Shown here: piece by piece, positions 30,508-44,355 of the stretch
Layout: every line of letters begins with the position of its first letter
Numbering within the stretch: position 1 is the first letter of the stretch
Origin: the human T2T-CHM13v2.0 reference genome, Homo sapiens
Direction: 5' to 3' (one strand)
DNA: 64,000 nucleotides
NCBI RefSeq assembly: GCF_009914755.1
Contig: NC_060928.1
Program-made: the position numbers and the translations under genes
The notes under the pieces: model-generated
Databases searched by the model: none
The model's input: only the letters and a program-made list of their open reading frames with translations
Told to the model about the DNA's origin: nothing

Positions 30508-31069
30508 TTCCATCCAAGACCCTCCCAACTCTCATGTTCTCACAATTAAAAGCCTAAGAATGCCCTTCCAACAATCCCCCACAGTCTTAACTCATTCCAG
30601 TATTAACTCAAAAGTCCAAGTCCAAAATCTCATCTGAAACAAGGCAAGTCACTTCGGCCTATGAGCCTGTAAAATCACAAGCAAGTTAGTTACTTCCTAG
30701 GTACAATGTGGGTACAGGCATTGGGTAAATACACTCATTCCAAATGGGAGAAATTGGCCAAAACAAAGTGGCTACAGGCCCCGTAGAAGTCCAAAATCCA
30801 ATAGAGCAGTCACTAAACCTTAAAGTTCCAAATTATCTCCTTTGAACCCATGTCTCACATCCACGTCATGCTGATGCAAGAAGTGGGCTCCCACAGCCTT
30901 GGGAAACACCAACCCTGTGGCTTTGCAGGGCATGGGCCCTCTCCCAGCTGCTTTCACAGGTTGGTGTTTGAGTGCCTGCAGCTTTTCCAGGAGCATGGTG
31001 CAAGCTGTTGGTGGATCTACCATTCTGGGGTCTGGAGGATGGTGGACCTCTTCTCACAGCTGCATCAGG
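30508..31069 (-). mobile_element. THE1 internal region (3' part), truncated
   Basis: CTCAAAAGTCCAAGTCCAAAATCTCATCTGA...GGTGGATCTACCATTCTGGGGTCTGGAGGA; the ORFs here are typical THE1-int read-throughs. Confidence 0.92.
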
Positions 31070-32494
31070 CTAATTGTTTATAAAACAAACAAATAAACAG
31101 CAATAACAACCCCTCCCAAAAAAAGAAAAAACACTCAGACAAACCTTTCCCACCAGAAACATCTATAGTTATTCAAATACAGATGAATTTCTGGTAGCCT
31201 CAGAAACTAGAGAGCAATGAAAAATTCATGTCTTGGCCTTGGTACAATTGCATAAGGCCTCAGTAGACAAATTGCAGCATTGCTCAACTGAGGCAAAGTA
31301 TTGAGGTCATTGGTTTATAGCTGTAGGCCACAAAGTGTTACATCTAAGTGTTAGTTCATTTTGCAGATGTAAGTGGACTACTACTACTACTAAAAAAAAA
31401 ATAGTTTTAGGGATTAGCACAGTATTGTAGAGAATGGATTCCACTTTTTGCAGCATGAACAATACATCTCATTTGCATAATTCTCCAGATCCTTGGGTCT
31501 GGTCCCTATAAAATGAAGAGCTTATAAAAAGCTGAAATTGAATATAACTTCTTTCCCACCTTTGGAGATTCAAAATTTTGAGAAGTCTGACCTGATTTAT
31601 GTGACGTTTATGCTCATATTGCATATTTAATAATGTTTACTTATGGGTCATGCACGTGGAAAACAAGTGTCCTAGTTAAGGCTTCCCATGCTATAGCAAC
31701 TTTTCATAAAATTATAGAAGCTTCTGTTTTGCCTGGAATTAAGTCTCCACAAGGAGAGGAGATAATAACAGATACTAGAGATGCCTTTCTTTGGTTCTGG
31801 AATTAAAATGCATTTGTGTACATTTTCAAAAGTATTCATAGTACTTTTCATAGTACAAAACATATATATGTTTTGAGTCTGTCATGCAACAGCATAAATT
31901 AAAAAGAAAAGGATTTTTCACTTCCATGAGAACTAAAAAACTCTTGGAAAATTGATGGCTGATTTGTTATGAACTTTACCATTGCCTGCTAAAATATCAA
32001 TAATTCATTTTGCTGACAGAGCTTCAAGAGCTGTTGATAAAACATAGAAGACTCCAAATTTAGAAGCTCCACTTATACTGCATTAAGAAACATTTTTTAA
32101 TGTTCAAAAATATGTTTCACAAAAGGAAATAAATGAATTATATAAGAGATTCAAAGAAACTTGATCTATCTCAAAATTATAGACAACAAAAGCAAAAACA
32201 GACAAATGAGATTGAATCAAATTAAGGAGCTTCTGAACAGCAAAGGAAACAATCAAAAGAGTGAAGAGACAATCTATGGATGGGAGCAAAGCTTTACAAA
32301 CTATATGTCTGAAAAGGTATATTTGTAAATATATTTGTAATTCAAACAACTCAATAATAAGAAAAAATGATCTGATTAAATAATGGTCAAAAGATCTGAA
32401 TAAGCATTCCTCAAAAGAAGACATTCAAATGGTCAACAGGTTTATTTAAAATGTTCAATATCACTAAAGAAATGCAAATTAAAACCATAAGGAG

Positions 32495-33063
32495 CCAAGG
32501 AGACCAGGGAATTTTACCCCCAAATATAGCACCATAGTTTGCTGATTATTTTAAATGAATGACCCTTGGAGACCAGCAGAGGCTGGAAGAAGCTCTACTC
32601 TGATACTCTGTTATGTGCCTAAAGATCAGACCCACCAAAGAAGAAAACAATTACTTCTGGTCCTTTCCCTGAGTTTTCATTAACTGAACTGGTATCTCAG
32701 GAAGAAAACCTGAAGTCTGTCAACACACTTGGACAGACTTTGGTGGCAAACCATTGTCTGCTCTGCAGCCCAAACAGACTTTGTCCTAGGCCACTGTATG
32801 TTTTCCAAACCCATTGAGTCCCCTACAAGTCATTCATTATCCTCCTTAAAATCATCCACATTTCGCCAACTCCTTTTCCCGTATTAAAAAAAAATACTCA
32901 TCTGTACCCCACTGGGTTTTTCAGTAATCATTCTAGTGAGAGTTCCTCATCCTATACACATCAAAATAAAATTTGCATGCCTTTTCTCCTTTAATCTTCC
33001 TTTAGTTTAGTTGATTTTCAGTGAACTTTCAGAGGGGGAAAGAAAAGTTTTTCCTTTGCTCTA
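32495..33063 (+). mobile_element. ERV1 (MER4-group) solo LTR, subfamily not identified
   Basis: TTTACCCCCAAATAT start motif, AATAAA at ~32966, GATTTTCAGTGAACTTTCAGAGGG U5; 4-bp TSD GGAG at 32491-94 and 33064-67. Confidence 0.8.
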
Positions 33064-33395
33064 GGAGATAATACCCATTCTAACAGGTGTAAGGTGATAT
33101 CTAAAGAAAATATAAGTTTGTGAAGAGAAAAATGGAATCTCTGCACACTGTCAGTGAGAATACAAATTAGTACGTCCATTATGGAAAACAGTATAAAGGT
33201 TTCTCAAAAAAATTAAAAATAGAACTACCATGTGATCCAAAAATTTCCACTTCTGGGTATACAACCAAAGAATTGAAATCAGCATGTTGAGCAGATATCT
33301 GTACTCCCACATTTTCACTGCAGCATAATTCACAATAGCCAAGATATGGAATCAACCAATATGTTCATCAACAGGTGAATGGAAAAAGAAAACAT

Positions 33396-33396
33396 A

Positions 33397-33438
<42 letters not shown>
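33396..33438. repeat. (TG)n microsatellite within L1
   Basis: Nearly perfect TG run. Confidence 0.97.
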
Positions 33439-33439
<1 letters not shown>

Positions 33440-33728
33440 AACGTAGTACTATTCAGCCTTAAATATTAAGGAAATTTTGTTATTTGTGGCGACATGTATG
33501 AGGCTGGAGAACATTATGCTATTGCTCTCCCTTGTAAGTGAAATCTAAAGAAGTTGAACTATTATAAGCAATCGGTAGAATGCTGGCTACCAGATACTAG
33601 AGGTGCAGTAGATATTGGGGATACATTGTTCAAAGGATACAAAACTTTAGTCAGACAGGAAGAATAAATTCAAAAGAAAGAAAAAAGAAATTTAACTGGA
33701 CTATGGGAATGCCCTAACACAATAATAA

Positions 33729-34081
<353 letters not shown>

Positions 34082-35482
34082 TGGTTAGGGTTATTATGTC
34101 ATCAACAAATCATCTCAAAAAAAGATGAATTTTAAAGTCACTAGACTCTGAGCCTGCATACCAAAAAAGATTTTTTTAATACGAACATATTAGAGAGATG
34201 TAATATTCGTCAGCAGAATTATTTACATGCTACTCCTAATAAACCACAGGAAATCCTCTCTGAATAACTACCAGGAACCTTTTGGTAGTTGAGTTTCATA
34301 GAACTACATGTAAAAGGTAAGAGCTTTGTCTGTTTACTGTGTGTGTGATGTCTGGATGACCTGAGACCTTAACCTCTTCAAAAAAATGAAACAAAACATA
34401 AAAACTGATTTTCAGGCAATGGTAAAGACTCTCTTAAAAACCTTAGTTCTAACTTTTGGGATACCACAATATTTGAATCAGACAGAGAAAGTTATTTTAT
34501 TTGTACCTAGGATTTATGCAAACGTGTGCTGATTTCCATAAAGTATCATACACCTTATATTCCTCAGTCCTCCAGATAAATAAAGTAGATAAATTAAATT
34601 TTAAAAAATAATTAACTAAGACTCAGCTATGTACTGGGTTAAAATCTCCAGAGTTTTATCATTAGTCTTTTTCCTCCTGCCTCTGCATTCAAGCACAGAA
34701 TCTTTTCTTTGAACCTACATTTGGCAGGCCCATGAATTTGGGTCTAAGAGCACGTCCTGTGCCTGATATAAGCAAATCCTCTTCTAACCATTTCCAATGC
34801 CTAAAAGGGTTTATCTCTTTCCTAGAAACCCTGAAACTTAAAGACAATAGGATCTGGAAGGACACGCCAGTGGAAATTGGCTATCTCTGTGGACCAGGAA
34901 ATTTCATCTACAAAAAGGTATTCCAGAAAGAAAATGCAGTCACCATGTTGGGAAGAAGTCTTTCAAGTGCTACTGATCACTCGTTTGGCTATCAGAGATT
35001 AAAACAAAATAAAACAAAAACCAAAACCAAAACAAAAGAGAAACAGCTCAGCTGGAGTCATGCTTCCCACGTGGAGACAGCACCCGGGGAAGACTTGACT
35101 GTGGTTCTCACAAGGCCTTGAAATTTAAGTTTTCAAGAGTAACTGAGCTTCGTATTGAATTCAGATAAAGAGGTAATCTAGAGAACATATTACATTTTAG
35201 ATGGTCTTGCTGTCTTATTTCCAGTAGGTTTATTTTGACTACTTTAAGAATTATATTTTACTAGGAATCAAAAGTTATTTGCTACATGACCTTTTCTTTC
35301 TGTACTCCCAGTAATGGTTCTCACAATCCCCTTTCCAGTTAGCTCAAATTGTCCTCCCAGCAGAAACAGGACCTGGAATTGTATAACCAACAGTTTTATT
35401 ATTGAAAGAGTAAAGGTGAGACCATCTTCATTATAATTGTTGATAACAAAATAAAACTAATATGCATCCAAGTACTCAAGCC

Positions 35483-35828
35483 TGGCTGTGGTTTGAATGT
35501 GTCCCCAAATTCCATGTGTCAGAAATTTAATTCCCAAATTTATGTGTTGTTGCTATTTGGAGGTAGGGCCTTTGGGATGTAGTGATAGATGATGTCATAA
35601 GAGTAGGGCCCCCGTGATGAGATTAGTGGCCTTATAAGAAAGGGAGGAGAAATATGAGCCATATGGTGCTTTCTGCCATGTTATGATGACCTCACCAGCA
35701 CGATGACTTCACCAGATGTAGCTCCTCAACCTTAGACTTCTCAGTCCCCAGAAATGTAAGAAATAGTTTTCTTCATAAATTACCCCATCTTAGTATTCTG
35801 CTATCTCAACACACAATGGACTAAGACA
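35483..35828 (+). mobile_element. MST (MSTC-like) MaLR LTR
   Basis: TGTGGTTTGAATGTGTCCCC...ATAAATTACCC...AATGGACTAAGACA. Confidence 0.85.
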
Positions 35829-36205
35829 AGTCCTACTTGTAAAACAAACAAAAACAATTAATTGGCTTAATCGAAAACATAAACATTCCAGCTAATAGAA
35901 AAATAGAAACTTGGCATTGTAAGATAGAGACTACAAAAAACAGGTCTACTGTTACTTAGTTAACTTTGTGATGTAACTTCTCTCCCATCTAAGTATAAAT
36001 TGATACATGAAACTGAATTTCTATCATTCATGAATATTTTGTTGACTATTATAACATAGAGCTATTGGTTTAGATCCCATTCTGGAAAAAAAAATTACGC
36101 ATAGGCTAGGTTTGTCTTCAAGACTTAAAATAATAATAGTTATATACATTAAACCCTCAAAGTTTAATCTGTGCCTTTCAGTTTGTACCTTATAATAAGA
36201 CTTTT

Positions 36206-36543
<338 letters not shown>

Positions 36544-36602
36544 TGAATTGCAAAACTGAGAAAAGCTATTTAGGAAGATTGAATAATTACTAAAAGGCCT
36601 AT

Positions 36603-36878
36603 GTAGTCATGTGCTGCATCACAACATTTTGTTCAACAATGGATCATATTACAATGGTGGTCTCATAAGATTATAATGTATTTTTCATGTACTTTTTCTA
36701 TATTTAGATATGGTTAGATACACAAATACCATTGTGTTATAGTTGCCTACAGTATCTGGTAACATGTACAGCTTTGTAGCCTAGGAGCAATAGGCTATAC
36801 CATATAGACTATGTGCTGTAAGAACATCCAAGTTTATGTAAGTACATTACATCCTATGACGATCTCACAACAATGAAA
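36603..36878 (+). mobile_element. Tigger3a/GOLEM-like non-autonomous DNA transposon, right end missing
   Basis: AGTCATGTGCTGCAT...GGTGGTCTCATAAGATTATAAT...TTGTAGCCTAGGAGCAATAGGCTATACCATATAG. Confidence 0.85.
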
Positions 36879-36879
36879 A

Positions 36880-37085
36880 GGTGTATGTAATCGGTTGTGT
36901 CTGTTTGGCTATATAAAAGGGTGAGATTCCTTTCTGTCTGCATTCTCTTTAGTGGATTGCCTGTGATGTGCATCACATCCTGGTTTCATGCTTATTCAAT
37001 AATAAAATTGCTTTTTTTCTCTTTTACCCCTGTAGAGAGGTTTTCAGGGTTGGAATAAGACTGTTTTAATTATATTTTCTCAACA
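36880..37085 (+). mobile_element. MER67-family LTR, 3' fragment
   Basis: GGCTATATAAAAGGGTGAGATT...GTGCATCACATCCTGGTTT...AATAAAA...TTTTCTCAACA; homologous to 26205-26398. Confidence 0.8.
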
Positions 37086-38249
37086 AAACCTAAGTTGCTT
37101 TAGGATAACAAAGGTAGCTTTCTGATGTTCACCCATCCTTGATATTGGGAAGTTAGATATTTTATGTTCTACTCAAAAATATTTGCAAATCTAAAAACGT
37201 ACTATAGAGTGATATAGAGTGAATACCTTATGCTCTATGAATATAAATATGAATATGAAAGAATGTTTTTATTATTGAAGATGATATTTCTCAAAGCCAA
37301 AATGTAATTTTTCCTTTATTAAAGGATTTTAAAATTACTAAAATGTACTACCAGTATGCTTCCTATTTTCAACAAATTAAATTATGGAAGGACATAGTTG
37401 ATTGTAAACTTGGAAAAAGATTCATTTGAATTGAAATATGTATTCTGATATAATATTGTTATATTTAAAATCTTATAACCAAACTAATCTCTCATAAAAA
37501 ATCCAATAGAAAAAAATTGAATAAAAATAAGACACAACTAATAAGAATAATAGAGGATAATGGATAACATTGTCAACAAATGTTGATTTAAAAGAAACAT
37601 TCTTATCTGTATATTGTCTACTAAAATGTACTTTGTGTATATAACAATAAGTTAGATCTTGTGATATGTTTTTAAATTAGATTTCATTTCTCTTATTTAT
37701 TCAAAATAATGTAGCCCCACAATCTCTATGTCTCCTTTTATAAATCCCATCTATCTCATGTATTTTCATGGTATGCTCTGAAGAAAAGACTGAAAGGAAA
37801 ATATATGCCAGAAACCATTTGGTAGATTATATATTTGACTTAGATATGAGTATGAATAATATTTCCAATGAATTTCAATGTATTATAAGTTCAGAGAAAA
37901 GTGTTCCAATTTTAAAAATAAATAGCCTCTGGTCTCAACATAATTTCTCTAAGCTTGTGTTTCTTTTCCACTTCATTTTAATTCCTTCCTTGATGCTTCC
38001 AGATGACCTTTGGCAAGTAACTCAATTTTCTGTGCATTTTTCACTTTTGTCTAATAAGTATTTTCTGCTCCTCTTGATAGCAAAAAATCTTCTGCTGAAT
38101 CTTTTCTTCATTCATTCATTCATGTATTTATTTTCAAGCTATTAATAATATACTTTAAATGCATATTAAATGCTGCATGTTTTCCTATGCACTTTCACAT
38201 CTCTACTTGGGTGTGTAATTTGCACTCCACGTAATTTCGTAGCATTTTC

Positions 38250-38650
38250 CACTGTTAGCAAATAATTCATGCTCACTTCTTCCTAAGGACATTCTGCCAT
38301 TCCTTTTCTTCCTAGAATAAATTTATCCCTTTTCCTTACCAGCCCAATTTTCATAAATTCTTAGTTCGATTCATTCAAATTCTCCCTACAAAAGCTTTAT
38401 CAAAATCTCTAGACTTGTCATGTCCTGTGGTTTATGCTTTCATAACAACTTATAATTTTCTCAAACATCATTTATTAATATTTTAATAAACTAATTCTGT
38501 AGACAGAAATAAACTTTGATTTCTGTCTCTCCTTTTAGATTCCAAGCTCAAAGCTTCTTTGGCTTTTTCATAGTTGTTAACATAGTGACATGCTTAGCAC
38601 CTTGCATATTGTTGATAGTTACTAAATGTATAACAAATAAGTAAATGAAT
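38250..38650 (+). mobile_element. L2 3' remnant
   Basis: TTAGATTCCAAGCTC...CTTAGCACCTTG...ACTAAATGTATAACAAATAAGTAAATGAAT resembles an L2 terminus. Confidence 0.4.
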
Positions 38651-39703
38651 ATAAATATTTATGTATGTCATATGTATAACATATGTTATATATAACATAT
38701 ATTTATACATTAATTATATATAAATTATACACATACAGACACATACACACACATACACATATGAATCTAAAAGGGAATGTGACCATAGAATGAAAAAGAA
38801 AGCCTTCACCTCTGTTTGAGCAATTAAGTTGGCACCTTCTAAGTATATGGCTGAATCTACACACAGTAATTGCTTTATTTTCTTTTCTGAATTAAATATT
38901 TATTTTGCTAAGTAAACTATTTGATAGTTTTAACAAATAGATGAAGTCAAAATATTTAAAGATAATTTTAATGCAACCAGGATCTAATACAATAAAAGCT
39001 TTTCTTTCCTTACTGGGAATACTTGGGTCAACGACAGAAATAGATTTTTCACCCTACAAAACTACTGTAAGATTTTTTAATTTCTAGATAAGAAACAAGT
39101 ATGTATCCATCAGGTAATTTACAAATGCCAAAATTACTGAGTTGGGTAAAATGTTTAAGCTCAATTTCTGTTAAGCTGATTTTCATTTTAGGTAAGGGAA
39201 AATGCCCTTCTTCCCTGAACAGGGCAGCATTTTATAGACGCCTTGGAAATGATTGATGAAATAGTGCCATTTTACTTTCCTGAACATCCTTGGTGCATCA
39301 TGCAGTGGATTGAAAGGGCCAAAAGCTGAGAAATGGTTGGTATTCCTCTGGGATTTTGTGCCCACTGATGCGCTCCTGCCTTCTATCCTGTGACCCCCCA
39401 AATTTTCACATTTCGAAAGAACTTGGTTTGTTCTCTCTTGGTTCTACTACTTTACCAAATGAGAATAAACACAAGGGTTAACAATATAAGAAACAATATC
39501 TAATATATGTGTAGATAACATATATTTGGAAGAAGTGGAATTATAAGAAGGGCATGTTGAAGACAGCCAAATTCATGGAAGTGGTCAGTAGCTGAACCCA
39601 TGTGCTTTATTAAGAGATGTTCTCTTCTTTCCCCTTTCTTAATGTTTCTGTTTCAGTTGTTTGTTCAATATTTTGTTGGCACATTCAACTTCATTCTTCT
39701 CTA

Positions 39704-40008
39704 TTTTTTTTTTTTCCTTTTTGAGATGGAATCTCACTTTCTTGCCCAGGCTGGAGTGCAGTGTTTCTATCTCAGCTCCCTGCAAACTCTGCCTCCTGGG
39801 TTAAAGCAATTCTCCTGCCTCAGGCTCCCAAGTAGCTGGGACTATAGGCACATGCCACCACACCCAGCTAATTTTTGTATTTTTAGTAGAGATGGGGTTG
39901 TACCATGTTGCCCAGGCTGGTTTTGAACTTCTGACCTCAGGTGATTTGCCTGCCTCGGCCTCCTTCCCAAAGTGCTGGGATTACAGGCGTGAGCCACCGC
40001 GCCCAGCC
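39704..40008 (-). mobile_element. AluS, full length
   Basis: Complete antisense dimer. Confidence 0.95.
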
Positions 40009-40299
40009 CATCCTCCTTTTAAATATATATATTTTATTATCTTATTATTTATTCTTTCCTTTTAAAGATTTTCTCTAGAAAATGTTAACCATCTCCATAT
40101 TTTGAACCTTTATAATTTATTTCTCACTAATTTGTATCTCCAAAAATGATTTCCCTGTTGATGCCTAGTTGATGCCTAACATTAGATTTTTAACTGTCTC
40201 ATAGATATTTCTTCTTGGATATTTTATAGTAGATCAAATTCATTACATGACTAGATGATTTCTAATCAAGAATAGGAATTTCTAAGGCAGAGATAAAGT

Positions 40300-40555
40300 T
40301 AGGAAGTTATCTCTACTTTGGTACGTTGACATTTTGGACAGATAATTCTTTGTTGTGGGAACCTGACCTAGGCATTGTAGAATATTTAGTATATTCTTCA
40401 GTGTATTAGTATTGGCCACAATTTAGCCAATATACTTGGCCTCTACCTGCTACATTCTACTAGCGCTCTTCCCCCACTTGCGATAATCAAAAATGTCTCC
40501 AGACACTGCCGAATATCCTTCATGCATGAAAATCACCCTTAGGCGGGAATCCCTG
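40300..40555. mobile_element. MER20 (hAT-Charlie) DNA transposon
   Basis: TTGACATTTTGGACAGATAATTCTTTGTTGTGG...GGCCTCTACC...AAAAATGTCTCCAGACACTGCC. Confidence 0.85.
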
Positions 40556-43539
40556 ATCATGATGACATAGAACTTTATTCAGAAAGTAACACAAATAGAG
40601 ATGAAGTAATAAAATTAAGAGGCATTTTGGAGGAAGACTCAGTAAGGTTAATGGTGTATATAGGAAATTAAAAATAAGGAAGAATCTCAAGTTGTTTTCT
40701 AGGTTGCTCATTAAAAATTTCCTAAAATTTCTTGTATTTTTAAATGTTTATCTTCTATGCTTCTCTTCATACTATTTCCTTTATGTAGATTTGTTTCCCC
40801 TTCCTGTATATGCTTAATAAAGTTCTATTTATGTTTAAGGCCTAAATTATCTATTAGTCATCATCATTGTGACTATTTCCCCAGCCTGAAACTCTAACAC
40901 TGTCAGAATATTTTCTTTCTTTTTTAAGCCATTAGATATCATTTGTTGTGATAAGTTTATTCCCCATGTCTTTAATGATAGAACCTTGTGTCACCTTATA
41001 CATCCTTTCACAACATATCACACTGCATGGCATACAATAAGTGCTTAAAAATGGTGAGTGATTTACTTAGCAATTAGACACAGGATAGTAACATTTTTTT
41101 CAGAATGTACAGTTACTATCATCACAGGTATTCAACATACATTAACATTAGTATTAATTTTGAAATAATATGCTGACTACAGTCTCCATGTATTTTTTCA
41201 AACATTTTTTGAATAGACAAAGTAAAATATAGATGTAAATTATAATTTTATTATCACAAAGTATTTGATATTCAGAATGGTTATACTTTTGTGTATGGAA
41301 ACTAGAAGTTTATCAAGTAACTCAATAACCATCTCATATTAAACACAATACATGGTCAAAAATGACTTTGAGGAAGGTAAGTGATTCTCTAAGAGACAGA
41401 AATCCTGTTTGACATGAACTATTATCATTTTCTTAAAGTTATCTGTTAGATCAGGGAACGTGGGCTTAGACTCAGAAAAGATTGAAATATTAAGAGGGTC
41501 TGTTTTAAGCCTAAAATTTCAATCTATAAATATTCTTTTCAATTGTCTAGAAAATATATGAGGGGTTATAATTATACTTTAGAAAAGTCTTTATAAAATT
41601 AAGTTCAACATTGTAATAAAAATATTATACTCAGAATAAAGAATTAAAATGAACTTTGAAAGCCTATGTATTTCAAAGTAACTGTTAGAAAATTTTGTAT
41701 GTATGTATCTTAATCAAGTGAATTGTATTGCTCAATCTCTTAAACACCATCCCTACTAGGTTACTGTAAATTATTTCACTAAGATTGAACTTCTTTAATA
41801 AAAAAAAATTATGCTTTTCACTTGTAGGAGAGTGCAATGGTATTTTGAGACTGCGTAATTTATTCTAAGAGTCTAAATTTTTAGTTTATAAATAACTCTT
41901 GCATTTTTAAAATTTAAAACACAAATGTGATTTTTATTGTGCCATCAAACAGAATTCTGGATTATCAATATATATCAAGTGGTAGAAGATTTTACATTGT
42001 TTAAATACCAGAATTAATTTAAGAAAAATAAAAATCTGGATATTTAGATGTCTATTTTGTTTGCAAGACCTCAAAAAAAACTAACTTGGACATTTATACA
42101 GAATTGGAAAAATGAAATGATATAATGATCTTTTGTAGGAAAAAAGCCTTCTATTTGGTACTCAGACACATTATTTAAAATAATCAGATAATAGAAAATG
42201 AAACAGTATATATTTGCGTTAATGGTTAAAAAATACTTTTCTCTTGCCAGTTAAGCAGAAACATATTCCATTATGCAAATGTACTTTTTGTTTTCTGTAC
42301 TCTATTCATCTGCCTCCACATAAAACTCATTAGGTAAAGTTAAACATACAGATTTTAAAATCAGTCATAGTATTTTTATCTCTGCTATGGCAAATCTAAA
42401 AGCTGGCCTGCCTTATAATCACCCTCTTCCACTTTTTACATTTCACTTTACCACATATTTGATATTTGTCATCTCTAAACTACCGGGAGTCACCAGTTGA
42501 TAGTTTATTTTTAATTAAGATTGCAGTGCTTATTGTTTGATTTAAGTTTGAATTTCTTCTTTAGTAATTAACCCTTGCAAGGGAAAGCAAGTTTCATATC
42601 TATTGAAGCAGCCATTTTCTCAGTTTTGTGCCAAGGTTTATATATTTAAAATGAAAATTACATGAGTTTTTTTTTTTTATTTCTAGAGAAAGTTCTCACA
42701 CTAAAAACAAAACAAAACAAAAAACAGAAAAAGTTTATGCTATGTGAAATTTAACCTCCTTTGTTAATCACACTTAATGAGACTTGCAACAACAATTCCA
42801 CAAAATTGGTTGTTGTATACTTTTTTAGTGATCCAAAGTTTTCACTAAATGTTGACTTTTCAGGATTCATAGCTGGAACTTTGACTATTTCTACAAAACA
42901 ATCATAAATCAATAGCACGTTATTTATTGATATTTGACTAAAATATTACTATGATTATAAGAATAATATTGTTAATTATATACTAAATCGCATTTAAAAT
43001 AACCTTATATTGGGGCAATATCACCACTTGATATTTATATTATTAAAGGTGTAAATAAATTCATCTAAAAACCTCTGTACTGGGACATCACTCAATGTCC
43101 AAAACATTATAGGAGGCACTTTAAGTAATATATTATTCATTTGATCCATTTGTGAGTTATTATTAGTGACTTTATAAAAATCCCACTTAGTAAGACCTAG
43201 TATGTTGAAAGAACGAGATTTTGAAAATACTTTCAGACAGAAGCAATTTCAAGGGCATATCTGTGCAGTCACATGGTGTCCCACACTCAGAAGGGCTTTG
43301 TGTCTGAACTTACAATTCACCCCAAATATATACATATATTTTTCTCTAGGTTTCTTTACTTCTTCATATGGGTTTGATTTTTAAAATACATTATGTTTCC
43401 TAGGTCTTGAAATAGCTTTAAAAATAAAATCTGGGTTTTCAAAAATTGTGGACAATGCTTTCAAAGAACAGATTTTCCTTTATATATATATTTAAATTTA
43501 CTCTGTTAAAATAAAATAAACAATTCCTTTCCACCATAG

Positions 43540-43697
43540 GAAAGGTGGGCAAAATCATGACTTGGGGCCAAATCCAACTATGCCAATCCATTTACCTATT
43601 GTTTACAGCAGGGGTGAGTAGTTGTAACAAAGACCATGTGGTCTGCAAAGCCTAAAATACGTATTATCTGGTCACAGAATAAGTGTTCTGACCCTGA
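43540..43697. mobile_element. MER58-like hAT DNA transposon (internally deleted)
   Basis: GGGCCAAATCC...GAGTAGTTGTAACAAAGACCATGTGGTCTGCAAAGCCTAAAATA...ATCTGG. Confidence 0.75.
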
Positions 43698-43834
43698 TTC
43701 CTCCATTAGAGCATAATAAATATTCTTTTTTGTGTATAGGTGAATACTAGGTGGGAATTTTATTTATTGCAGGACACTGACAAAACAGGGAGAAGTCAGC
43801 CATACGACTTACAAAACATTAACACTTTATATTT

Positions 43835-44355
43835 TTACTGAGTTAATTAGTGGCCCCTAAAAACTCATGCCCACCCGGAACCTGTGAATGTAAACTTATT
43901 TGGAAATAGGATTATTATAGATGTAATCAAGTTCATATATAGTCATATTAAACTAGTGCAGCCACAAAATCCATTATTGAACTTAAGACATTGGATACTA
44001 GATAATTTCCTTTCCCTAATAAGGGAGAAATTTGGACATAGGCACACACACAGATGAAAGATGATGTGAATATACAGAGAAGGAAGATGATGTGAAGAGA
44101 TGAAGACATGAAGACACAAGGGAGAAGACTACTTGATAAAGAAAGTAGAGATTTCAGTGCCAGGTCTACAAAATGAGGAATGAAGGTAGAAGATCAAGGA
44201 GGCATTCATTCCCAGAGCCTTTGTGGGGATCATGGTCCCACAGAAAGCTTGATTTTGGACTTGTAGCCTCCATAACTGTGAGAGAGTATGTTTCTGTGAC
44301 TTTTGGTCACCCAATTGTGGCACGTTGTTATGACAGCCCCAGCAAAAGAACAGTA
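43835..44355 (+). mobile_element. MLT1C-like MaLR LTR
   Basis: GGAACCTGTGAATGTAAACTTATTTGGAAATAGG...TTGATTTTGGACTT...TTGTTATGACAGCCCCAG. Confidence 0.85.

Larger units (their letters stand above)
32165..33690 (+). mobile_element. L1MA-type 3' fragment interrupted by an ERV1 LTR
   Basis: CTTCTGAACAGCAAAGGAAACAATCAA...AAATGCAAATTAAAACC | ...CACAATAGCCAAGATATGGAATCAACC. Confidence 0.88.

Noticed and set aside
34732-35121. 129-aa ATG-initiated ORF in unique DNA
   Set aside because: No recognisable domain, it runs through an (AAAAC)n tract, and its length is within chance expectation.
41090-41385. Possible exon between TTTTTCAG (41103) and AAG|GTAAGT (~41377)
   Set aside because: No ORF or other support; isolated splice-like motifs are expected by chance in 64 kb.
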